DNA of 40,616 nucleotides, from positions 1-40,616 of the forward strand of contig JANOBC010000045.1 of NCBI GenBank assembly GCA_031411455.1, in the 5' to 3' direction. The translations under genes and the position numbers were made by a program. Positions 28,858 to 36,576 of this stretch are shown one piece after another (the stretch's first letter is position 1; every line of letters starts with the position of its first letter). Source of the DNA: Limisphaerales bacterium. Its GTDB lineage: Bacteria > Verrucomicrobiota > Verrucomicrobiia > Limisphaerales > UBA11358. The notes beneath the pieces are model-generated. The model was given only the letters and a program-made list of their open reading frames with translations, was not told the origin of the DNA and did not search any database.

Positions 28858-29146
28858 GCGCGGATGAAAACATTTTTCGGCGCGGGAATAAATCACGAAT
28901 GGACACCAATAAACAGGAATGCCATCGGAATTGGTTGCGTCGGAATATGCCGTGAAGGCCGTGTGATTGCTTGGATGGTGGCATTTGTCGCGCTGCGATA
29001 AATTTTACCTGCGAAGCAGGCACTGGCGGCGGGCAAACTTCAAGCGCGGTCATCCAACTCTTCCGTCGCCTGACGCTGTTGGGCGTAATTCCACCCCTCA
29101 CCCCAACCCCTTTCAAGGGGAGAGGGGGAAGCGATTCGAGTTGCGG

Positions 29147-29944
29147 TTATTTTCCCACCGCGCTGAAAACTTTTTGCATCAGGTCGGTCGTGCGGGACAG
29201 TGGGTTCTCACGGATTTTCTTTTCTTCGTCGGCAATCATTTTGAAGAGGCCGTCCAGAGTTTTGTTCGCTACATACGCGTCTACGTCCAGCGCGTCTGCA
29301 CCGAGATAATTTTTTGACAGCCCGCCGAGCGCGCTGCTGAATCCGGTGCTGCCGCTGCCGCCGACTTTTGCCATCATGTTTTTGTAGGAGCTGGTCACGC
29401 CGGTCTTGGCGGTGGCGGCCTGCACGATGGGCATAAATTTTGCGTAAAGATTTGTCTGCGTGGTGCGGCGGAAGTATTGCGTGGCGGAATCCTGCGGGCC
29501 GGTGAGAACGGCCTTCGCATCCGCGATGGACATGCCTTTCACGGCGTCGCCAAAGACGGACGCGGCCTGCGGCACGGCGGCTTCGGCGGCACGGTTCATG
29601 GTGGTGACGAATTCATCTGCGAGTTTTTCCTGCTTCACCGCGCGCAAAGCTTTTTCCACCGACTGCAATTTTTCCGGCAGCGGAATTTTCACCGCCGCGT
29701 TATTTAGAAAACCGCCGTCGTGGCCGAGGTTGGCGATGGCGTTTTGCAAGCCCTTGCCGAGCGCGTCCTTGAGTCCGCCCGCGACCTGCGTATCCGACAG
29801 GGCGTTGACTGCGGTTGAGGTCAAGGTTGTGTTCGTGGCAACGGCGTTGGTCGAAGTTTTATTCAGGCCAAGTTGTTCCAACCAGCCGGCGCGGGCGGAA
29901 AACATGGAAACGGCTAGGATAGTGGGGAGGAGAAATTTTTTCAT
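29147..29944 (-). CDS. DUF4197 domain-containing secreted protein
   Basis: Signal peptide; GLKDALGKG, VKIPLP, MNRAAEAA, SATQYFR, GLFKMIADEEKKIRENP; ATG at 29944. Confidence 0.88.
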   Translation of the reverse strand: MKKFLLPTILAVSMFSARAGWLEQLGLNKTSTNAVATNTTLTSTAVNALSDTQVAGGLKDALGKGLQNAIANLGHDGGFLNNAAVKIPLPEKLQSVEKALRAVKQEKLADEFVTTMNRAAEAAVPQAASVFGDAVKGMSIADAKAVLTGPQDSATQYFRRTTQTNLYAKFMPIVQAATAKTGVTSSYKNMMAKVGGSGSTGFSSALGGLSKNYLGADALDVDAYVANKTLDGLFKMIADEEKKIRENPLSRTTDLMQKVFSAVGK

Positions 29945-30197
29945 GGCCGTTAGGCAAACAGCAAAGTGGGTGGCGGTCAAGAAATCTCGCGGCGAAGCAG
30001 TCGAGGTGTCCCGCCTTTATGCTGCAAACCAGACATTTCTTGGCTAGCGGGCGGACGGGTCGTCCGCGCTCCGTGGCGGCGTTCGGAAAGTTGTCAGTTG
30101 TGTCACATCTCAAGACGCGGACGGACGGGGCGGGGCGGTTTTATTTGAAGGGACGGAAAAAAACAGTTGGCCTGCCATTTGCTGAATTAATTCCCGT

Positions 30198-30362
30198 ATG
30201 ACAAACACAAATTTTACCGTGCGTGAAAAAAGCGGAGTTGACCAGATCGGTTTGCTGCCGCAGAACAAACGTCAAGAGTCGCATTTCGGATTTATTGACG
30301 GGGCGCTGGTCGTCGGTTTTCTGACCGCGTTCGTCGGGCTGGTCTGCCTGCTCGCGAAATAA
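30198..30362 (+). CDS. Small 54-aa membrane protein absent from the ORF track
   Basis: MTNTNFTVREKSGVDQIGLLPQNKRQESHFGFIDGALVVGFLTAFVGLVCLLAK; C-terminal hydrophobic helix; fills an otherwise empty gap. Confidence 0.55.
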   Translation: MTNTNFTVREKSGVDQIGLLPQNKRQESHFGFIDGALVVGFLTAFVGLVCLLAK

Positions 30363-30401
30363 AAATCTCCCGGAACGCCCTAAGCCGCCGCCGCGGAAGA
30401 G

Positions 30402-31658
30402 TTACTTCTTCCTCGTCGGCGGCTGGTTCGTTTTGAAGGACGAGCGTAGCAGCCAGTTGCGCTTCAAGCCTTGCACCAAATCATCCGTATCAATGATGGT
30501 CTTATAGATTCCCCCCACCAAATTGGTGTTACCCCGGATTTGCTGGCTCAACTCGCCGGTGATGCGCGCGAGGTTGAAGATGAGCGGGGCAAGGTTTGTG
30601 TCCACGTTCACGAGCAATGAATTCAAATTGGTCAACGCGCCTTGCACTTGGAGATTTCCATTGGTTCCCAACGCCCACAGCAGCGGGCTGCCCGGCTCGC
30701 GCAAACCGCCGGTGATGTCGTTCAAGTTCGTGAGCATCGGCCCGGCGGTCGCGAGGGCGGAGCTTGCGAGAGTGAGCGTGGTGTTCAAATTGGAGGTGGC
30801 GACCACGGCGTTGTTTAAGATGGTCGCGAGCTGATTGGTGAGCGCGAGAATTCCCGGGATCGCACCTTGCACCTGTCCGACGATGGTATCCAGCCGCTCC
30901 GCAATCGGGACGGATTCAGCCGCGCGCAACTCCACGGGTGGATCCTTCAGATGATCGTAGCTTTCGTAGCGCTGCAATTCCTCACGCCACACGCCGACAA
31001 CATTTTTACCCTTTGCCCGGTTATTGTAAGCATAGACGGAATTCGATTCGAGATTCAGCGACGCGAGCAGGTCGAGGTTTGAGAGCGTGAGTCCATCGTA
31101 GGGCTGATAGGGAATGAAGACGATATTCGAGTGGCTGTCATAAACGTATTGTGAGAGCTGCCACTGGTTCGTTTCCGTGGCGACCAAGACGCGCAATTCA
31201 TCAATCGTCTTGTGGAAAACGGGCTGGGTAACGGTGACGGCAAAGGTTCCAATCTTGCCCCGCGTCACTTCCAATTGACTTTGCCCCAGGAAACCACCGT
31301 TGACTTTCACATACGAGCCACCGGAACGGATGTAGCGAAAGCCCGGCGCTTTAATCTCAAAATGCACTTCGACATTTCTGCGGTCATCCGGCGGGCAAGG
31401 CTTGATGGAAGTAATTTTCCCGACCTCCGAACCCATCATCAGCACCGGGTCGCCGACTTTCAGCCCGGCAGAACTTTGGATGTAGGTGCGGAACTGGGCT
31501 TTCTCCACGAACCACCCCTTGCGCTCCGCCGTGTGGTAAATGTAGTAGCCAAAACCAAATAGCAGCAGCGCGAGGGCGAGGAAGACGAACCAGCCCACGG
31601 ACTTCTCCACGCGGTTCAGGCGCGTGCGGAGTTGCGGAGTCAAATCTTGCAGTGGCAT
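30402..31658 (-). CDS. mlaD: MCE/MlaD family lipid transport protein
   Basis: N-terminal TM (VGWFVFLALALL), MCE motif SAGLKVGDPVLMMGSEVGKITSI, long helical tail; downstream of mlaE and mlaF. Confidence 0.8.
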   Translation of the reverse strand: MPLQDLTPQLRTRLNRVEKSVGWFVFLALALLLFGFGYYIYHTAERKGWFVEKAQFRTYIQSSAGLKVGDPVLMMGSEVGKITSIKPCPPDDRRNVEVHFEIKAPGFRYIRSGGSYVKVNGGFLGQSQLEVTRGKIGTFAVTVTQPVFHKTIDELRVLVATETNQWQLSQYVYDSHSNIVFIPYQPYDGLTLSNLDLLASLNLESNSVYAYNNRAKGKNVVGVWREELQRYESYDHLKDPPVELRAAESVPIAERLDTIVGQVQGAIPGILALTNQLATILNNAVVATSNLNTTLTLASSALATAGPMLTNLNDITGGLREPGSPLLWALGTNGNLQVQGALTNLNSLLVNVDTNLAPLIFNLARITGELSQQIRGNTNLVGGIYKTIIDTDDLVQGLKRNWLLRSSFKTNQPPTRKK

Positions 31659-31679
31659 AAAATTATTTCAATGTTCACA

Positions 31680-31733
31680 GGTAGGGCGGCTTTGCCGCGC
31701 CGCCTTTTGGCGAACCGGCAGGTTCACCCTACC
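31680..31733. repeat. Intergenic REP-like doublet (GTAG foot)
   Basis: GGTAGGGCGGCTTTGCCGCGCCGCC ... GGCGAACCGGCAGGTTCACCCTACC. Confidence 0.8.
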
Positions 31734-31740
31734 AAGTTTT

Positions 31741-32529
31741 TCAAAGGTTGGTCTCAACCGGCTCGGCCAGCAATTCTTTTACGGCGGGACTGCGGGCAAA
31801 GTCCTCGCCGTTCCACGCGCCCAGCCCGGAAAAATTTCCCTCGTGCAGCACGGCGAACTTCCGTTTCGGATGCTGCCATGCGCGCAAATCATCCGTCGTC
31901 ACCACGATGGTCATCGGGCAACCGCCAAAAAATTCATGGCCGGTGGCAAGCTGCTCCAGAAATTTCAGCAGCCATTGCCGGGGCCGCACGCCGAGGCCAC
32001 CCAGCGGATTATCCAGCAGCAGCAATTCCGGCTTGAGCACCAGCGCGCGTGCCAGGGCTGCCCGTTGCCGCCAACTGGATGCGAGGCTGCCCGGCGTGGA
32101 ATTCGCGAACGGCGTCAGCTCCAGCAATTCCAGCAGCAACTCCACCGCGCGCGCCGCCTCCGCCTCCGCTAGATTTTTATGGTAACGCAGCGGCAACGCC
32201 ACGTTCTCCGCGATGCTCAACTGGTTGAACAGCCGTCCATCCGCAAAAACAATGCCCACGCGCAGCCGCTCGGCGATTTGCTCCTCGTCAAACTCGCGCG
32301 TGTCGCAGCCGAACAGGCGGCACATCCCGCGTGCTGGCATCATCAAACCCGCCGCGTGCAGCAGCAAGTGGATCTTGCCGGAATGTTGCTGGCCCGCGAC
32401 GACCCAGAACTCGCCTGGCTGCACCGTCCACTCTACGTTCTCTACGACCGTGAACGACGCATCGCGCAGCGCGGTGATATCCGCGCCAAGCATTTCGATG
32501 ACGGCTGGGTTGAAGGTGGTTTCGTTCAT
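31741..32529 (-). CDS. MlaF-like ABC ATP-binding protein with degenerate catalytic motifs
   Basis: GQQHSGK, LFNQLSIAENVALPL, QRAALARAL, LLLLDNP; lies between mlaE and mlaD. Confidence 0.8.
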   Translation of the reverse strand: MNETTFNPAVIEMLGADITALRDASFTVVENVEWTVQPGEFWVVAGQQHSGKIHLLLHAAGLMMPARGMCRLFGCDTREFDEEQIAERLRVGIVFADGRLFNQLSIAENVALPLRYHKNLAEAEAARAVELLLELLELTPFANSTPGSLASSWRQRAALARALVLKPELLLLDNPLGGLGVRPRQWLLKFLEQLATGHEFFGGCPMTIVVTTDDLRAWQHPKRKFAVLHEGNFSGLGAWNGEDFARSPAVKELLAEPVETNL

Positions 32530-33386
32530 GTCACGAGATAAAGTATGATGAAAATGGCATCAATCAGCACGCATACCACGACGCCCTGCGTCACCGCGCG
32601 CACCGCCACGCGCGCGACATCCTCCAGCCGCAACGGTTGCGCGAGGCCGTGGTAGCAGGTCACGATGGCGATGAAAAAGCCGAACGTCACCGTCTTCAAC
32701 GCCAGCAGCGCGAAGTCCAGCCAGTTCAGCGCGCCCGTAATTTGTTTCAAGTAATCGCCCGGCGTCAGCGGCACGTCCTGCAAAAACGCAAACAGATACC
32801 CGCTCGCCAGCGCGCCGAGGATGAGATAAATCGTCAGTGAAAAAATTCCCAGCGCCATCCCGATGACGCGCGGCACGATGAGGTAATGCACCGGGTCAAT
32901 CCCCAGCGCCTCCAGCGCCTCGACTTCGCCGAGCGCCCGCGCCGTGCCGAGTTCGATGACGTTCGCCGTGCCGACGCGTGCCAGCACGAGCATCGCCGTT
33001 AGCAGCGGGCCGAGTTCCCGCACGATGACGATGACCATCGTGGAGCCGAGATAATTCGTCTGCCCCAGCCGTGCCAGCGCGGAAACCGCCTGCCCGACGA
33101 CGACGAATCCCAAAGCCAGCGCGACGAAAATAAACAGCGGCATCAACGCCGAGCCTGAACGGGAAATCTCCGCCCGCACCTGCGGCTGCACCACACTGCG
33201 CGCCACGGAAAATTTTTTAATCATGACGCCGAGCGTGATGAGCGCGAACGCCCCGAGACCCTGAATGGTGAGCAGCGCGAGAAATAATTTTCGCCCCAAT
33301 CGGTCGGCGTAGGATTTGGGTGTGACCGCGTGCCGGAACACTTGCGTGCCCGTCAGTTGAAACGCCTTTGCCAGTTCGCCGCGCAT
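32526..33386 (-). CDS. mlaE: MlaE family ABC permease
   Basis: IVRELGPLLTAMLVLARVG, ELGT..EVEALEALGIDPVHYLIVPRV, VTCYHGL. Confidence 0.9.
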   Translation of the reverse strand: MRGELAKAFQLTGTQVFRHAVTPKSYADRLGRKLFLALLTIQGLGAFALITLGVMIKKFSVARSVVQPQVRAEISRSGSALMPLFIFVALALGFVVVGQAVSALARLGQTNYLGSTMVIVIVRELGPLLTAMLVLARVGTANVIELGTARALGEVEALEALGIDPVHYLIVPRVIGMALGIFSLTIYLILGALASGYLFAFLQDVPLTPGDYLKQITGALNWLDFALLALKTVTFGFFIAIVTCYHGLAQPLRLEDVARVAVRAVTQGVVVCVLIDAIFIILYLVT

Positions 33387-33506
33387 GGTCGCAGCGTAGG
33401 CTGCTGCTGGCGCGCGGTCAAAAAAGATTTTCTACCAAAGTTGGCGGGCGACGACGCGTGACGTCAGTTGCCAGCAATCAGCAGCCTGAATTAATTCCCC
33501 AGCTAT

Positions 33507-34082
33507 TCAATCCTGCCCCAGCTTACGCCGCAAGTTGGTGACGAGCTTGTCGGCCATCCGCTCGAACGGCAGCAGCGGACGCCCGTGCAGTTTGATTTCG
33601 TCAATCGTCGCCAGCGCCATCCCGAAGTCGTAATCGTTCAGTGCGCGGTTGCGCTTGAGGCGGCGCACCCAGCGCGTCAGGTCACTGACCTCCTCGATGT
33701 CGCCCGCTGTTCCCGTGCGGAAGGAAATGTTCCACTCCTCGTGCCGCGAGAAACCATCGCGTTCTTGGCGTTGTTCCAGCAACGGATCGCAGAGCAAGAT
33801 GCACACGGATTTTTTTCCCGCTGTGCCGAGCCGGTAAAAAACGATCCGCGCCGCCGTCTCGGAAAAAATGTCGTAGGCGATCTCCAACGCATCGTCATCC
33901 GGCGGCGTGAACTTCGTCTGGAACCCCACGCGCAAACTATTGGTGATGGCGTTCTTTTCGATGCATAGGTTCTCGGGAAAAATCCACAACACGTCGGCAG
34001 GCAGGCCGGCGGCGGCAAGGGATTTCTGCCACGCGGTCAGCGCGGTGCTCAAAGACGGACGGGTGACGGTAGGTTTGCTCAT
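33507..34082 (-). CDS. Hypothetical protein
   Basis: 191-aa ORF starting 20 bp downstream of the epimerase stop on the same strand; no motif recognised. Confidence 0.65.
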   Translation of the reverse strand: MSKPTVTRPSLSTALTAWQKSLAAAGLPADVLWIFPENLCIEKNAITNSLRVGFQTKFTPPDDDALEIAYDIFSETAARIVFYRLGTAGKKSVCILLCDPLLEQRQERDGFSRHEEWNISFRTGTAGDIEEVSDLTRWVRRLKRNRALNDYDFGMALATIDEIKLHGRPLLPFERMADKLVTNLRRKLGQD

Positions 34083-34102
34083 TTAGTTTGCCTTGATGGC
34101 GC

Positions 34103-35059
34103 TTACTTCTGCCGGTTTTTGCGGAACCAATCAACAAAAAGCGGAATTCCTTTTTCCACCTTCACCTGCGGATGGTAATCCAGCTTCGCGCGGGCCTTGG
34201 AAATGTCGGCATACGTCACCGGCACATCGCCGGGCTGCAATGGCTGGCGGTCAATGATGGCTGTCTTGCCCAGCGCCGACTCGATGAGCGCGATGAGGGC
34301 GGACAATTTCACCGTCTGCGATTCGCCGAGGTTGAAGATGTCGAAACCAAATTCTCTGGTCGTGCAAGCGATGACGCCTTGCACAATGTCGCTGACAAAA
34401 GTGTGGTCGCGCGCTGTCGAGCCATCGCCGAAAACCGGAATCGGTTTGCCCGCATCAATCAGCCGCGTGAATTTGTGAATCGCCAAATCCGGCCGCTGGC
34501 GTGGGCCATAGACCGTGAAGAAACGCACCATCGCCACATCCATTTTATAGACGTGATGATACGTGTGACCCAGCGCCTCGCACGCGAGCTTGCTGGCCGC
34601 GTAAGGCGAGATGGCAGAAAAAATCGGGTCGCTCTCGCTGAATGGCACCTTGGCATTCACGCCATAAACCGACGACGACGACGCGAGTGTGATTTTTTTC
34701 ACGCCGGTTTTCCGCGCGGCTTCGAGGAGGTTCACCGTGCCCTCGACATTCACGCGCTGATACAACGCCGGTTGCTCTAAACTCGGCCGCACCCCGGCCC
34801 GGGCGGCGAGGTGAATGACCTGATCAAACTTCACGGACGAAAAAATTTCATTCACCGCTTCCACGTCGCACAGGTCGCCATGGAAAAATTCAAAGGGCTT
34901 GGCGAGCGACTGGATGTCGCGGAGATTCGCGCGCTTGAGCTGCGGGTCGTAGAAATCATTCAGCTCATCAAACGCCCAGACGGCATGGCCATCATGCAGG
35001 AGGCGTTCGCAAACGTGCGAGCCGATAAAGCCCGCGCCGCCGGTGACGAGAAAATTCAT
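34103..35059 (-). CDS. NAD-dependent epimerase (UDP-glucuronate 4-epimerase-like)
   Basis: LVTGGAGFIGSH, HLAARAGVRPS, SSSSVYG, YAASK, RFFTVYGPRQRPD, QPGDV; ATG at 35059. Confidence 0.9.
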   Translation of the reverse strand: MNFLVTGGAGFIGSHVCERLLHDGHAVWAFDELNDFYDPQLKRANLRDIQSLAKPFEFFHGDLCDVEAVNEIFSSVKFDQVIHLAARAGVRPSLEQPALYQRVNVEGTVNLLEAARKTGVKKITLASSSSVYGVNAKVPFSESDPIFSAISPYAASKLACEALGHTYHHVYKMDVAMVRFFTVYGPRQRPDLAIHKFTRLIDAGKPIPVFGDGSTARDHTFVSDIVQGVIACTTREFGFDIFNLGESQTVKLSALIALIESALGKTAIIDRQPLQPGDVPVTYADISKARAKLDYHPQVKVEKGIPLFVDWFRKNRQK

Positions 35060-35154
35060 GGACAAACGCTAACAACGGAAGGGAAAACTGTCGAGCATCC
35101 CAGTGGGTCAGTTTGAAAGCCGGTGGGGCGAGCGTCCTGCTTTGTTTTCTGAAA

Positions 35155-35925
35155 CTAAAACCGCAGATGCTTTACCGTCAGCGCGCCGTTGATGAGCTGC
35201 TTCAATGAATCAATCCCGATGCGCAGATGTTTGTCGAGAAACACCTGCGTCACCTTCTCATCACTCTTGGCCGTCTTCACGCCGTCCGGCGTCATCGGTT
35301 GGTCGCTCACGAGCAGCAACGCGCCCGTCGTGATTTCGTTGTGGAAACCCGTGATAAAAATCGTCGCTGTCTCCATATCAATACCGATGCAGCGGAGCTT
35401 CTTTAGATATTTTTTGAACTCATTGTCATGTTCCCACACGCGGCGGTTCGTCGTGTAAACTGTGCCCGTCCAGTAATCGCGCTTGTGATCGCGGATGGTT
35501 GTGGAGATGGCTTTTTGCAAACTGAACGCGGGCAACGCGGGAACCTCCGGCGGATAATAATCATTCGACGCGCCCTCGCCGCGAATCGCCGCGATGGGCA
35601 AGACGAGCGAACCGAGTTTCGCGACGTGCTTCAACCCGCCGCACTTGCCGAGGAACAACACCGCTTCGGGTTTGATGGACGAAAGCAAATCCATGATCGT
35701 TGCCGCGCTCGCGCTGCCCATGCCGAAATTGATGATTGTGATGCCATTCGCCGTGGCGTTGGGCATCGGCTTGTCCGCGCCGCGAATGGGGACCTTGTGC
35801 CACTTGGCGAACATCTCCACGTAGTTGTTGAAATTGACGAGCAGGATGTGCTTGCCGAAATCCTTGAGCGGCGTGCCCGTGTAACGCGGCAGCCAGTTTG
35901 CGACGATGTCAGCCTTGGTTTTCAT
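35155..35925 (-). CDS. amn: AMP nucleosidase (short PNP/UDP phosphorylase-family form)
   Basis: IVANWLPRYTG, INFGMGS, FLGKCGG, AIRGEG, TTNRRVWE, DMETAT, LLVSD; ATG at 35925. Confidence 0.9.
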   Translation of the reverse strand: MKTKADIVANWLPRYTGTPLKDFGKHILLVNFNNYVEMFAKWHKVPIRGADKPMPNATANGITIINFGMGSASAATIMDLLSSIKPEAVLFLGKCGGLKHVAKLGSLVLPIAAIRGEGASNDYYPPEVPALPAFSLQKAISTTIRDHKRDYWTGTVYTTNRRVWEHDNEFKKYLKKLRCIGIDMETATIFITGFHNEITTGALLLVSDQPMTPDGVKTAKSDEKVTQVFLDKHLRIGIDSLKQLINGALTVKHLRF

Positions 35926-35984
35926 TCGTTGCCAACGTGTTTTCACATAGAACTCCCGCGACGGCAAGTGGAAACCTAACCAAA

Positions 35985-36575
35985 TTAAATTTTTACTCCC
36001 AACGTGCGAAGGAGTTCAACAACCTTCCGATAATTTTCTGGTTTTAATTCCTTTTTGAACGCATCAACAATTAATGATTGATGCTTTCTTAGTTCGTCCA
36101 AATCTTTCTGCAATTGAACCAACTGATCGCTTTTTGAGTGACCATGAATCGACTCTTGTCCCTCTTGCCGTGATTCCGGTGTGGTTTGCAAAGATTTTGA
36201 CCAGAGTTCTTCGGAAATAATCTGGCATTTTGCGCCGGAACTTTTGAAATCCAGCACGGCCATGATTTTTCTTCCGAAACTTCCATGTCCCCAAGAAGGT
36301 TCAGCATAATTTCCAACAACCAAATAATTGAGTGCACGGTTGGGACGCTCGTAACAAAATCCACCGCGCAGTTTGGTCTCAGACTCGCATTGATTTCGGT
36401 CGCCATCGGCAAAATCAAAAACTCCCGTGAAACAAAAGGAACGGCCTTGAAAAATGATTTCAGGAGCAGGCGTGTCCAAAAATTCCTTCGACGAGGGAAC
36501 GAGTTTAGCAGACTTGTTCTTGGCTGAAGATTTATAGGGCTTCAGCACATAAACTTTTTTGTTTTGCGTTGGCAT
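35985..36575 (-). CDS. Stand-alone BRCT domain protein
   Basis: FQGRSFCFTG..GG..LNYLVVG..SWGHGSFGRKI..IISEELW; starts 1 bp after the ligA stop; AT-rich. Confidence 0.75.
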   Translation of the reverse strand: MPTQNKKVYVLKPYKSSAKNKSAKLVPSSKEFLDTPAPEIIFQGRSFCFTGVFDFADGDRNQCESETKLRGGFCYERPNRALNYLVVGNYAEPSWGHGSFGRKIMAVLDFKSSGAKCQIISEELWSKSLQTTPESRQEGQESIHGHSKSDQLVQLQKDLDELRKHQSLIVDAFKKELKPENYRKVVELLRTLGVKI

Positions 36576-36576
36576 T

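Noticed and set aside
30045-30137. Possible decayed REP-like doublet (TCGTCCGCG ... CGCGGACGGA)
   Set aside because: Only a short partial inverted match with no clear foot; not supportable as a feature.
35122-35140. GGTGGGGCGAGCGTCCTGC, resembling the start of a GTGG-foot REP arm
   Set aside because: Hairpin incomplete and no partner arm; at most a remnant.
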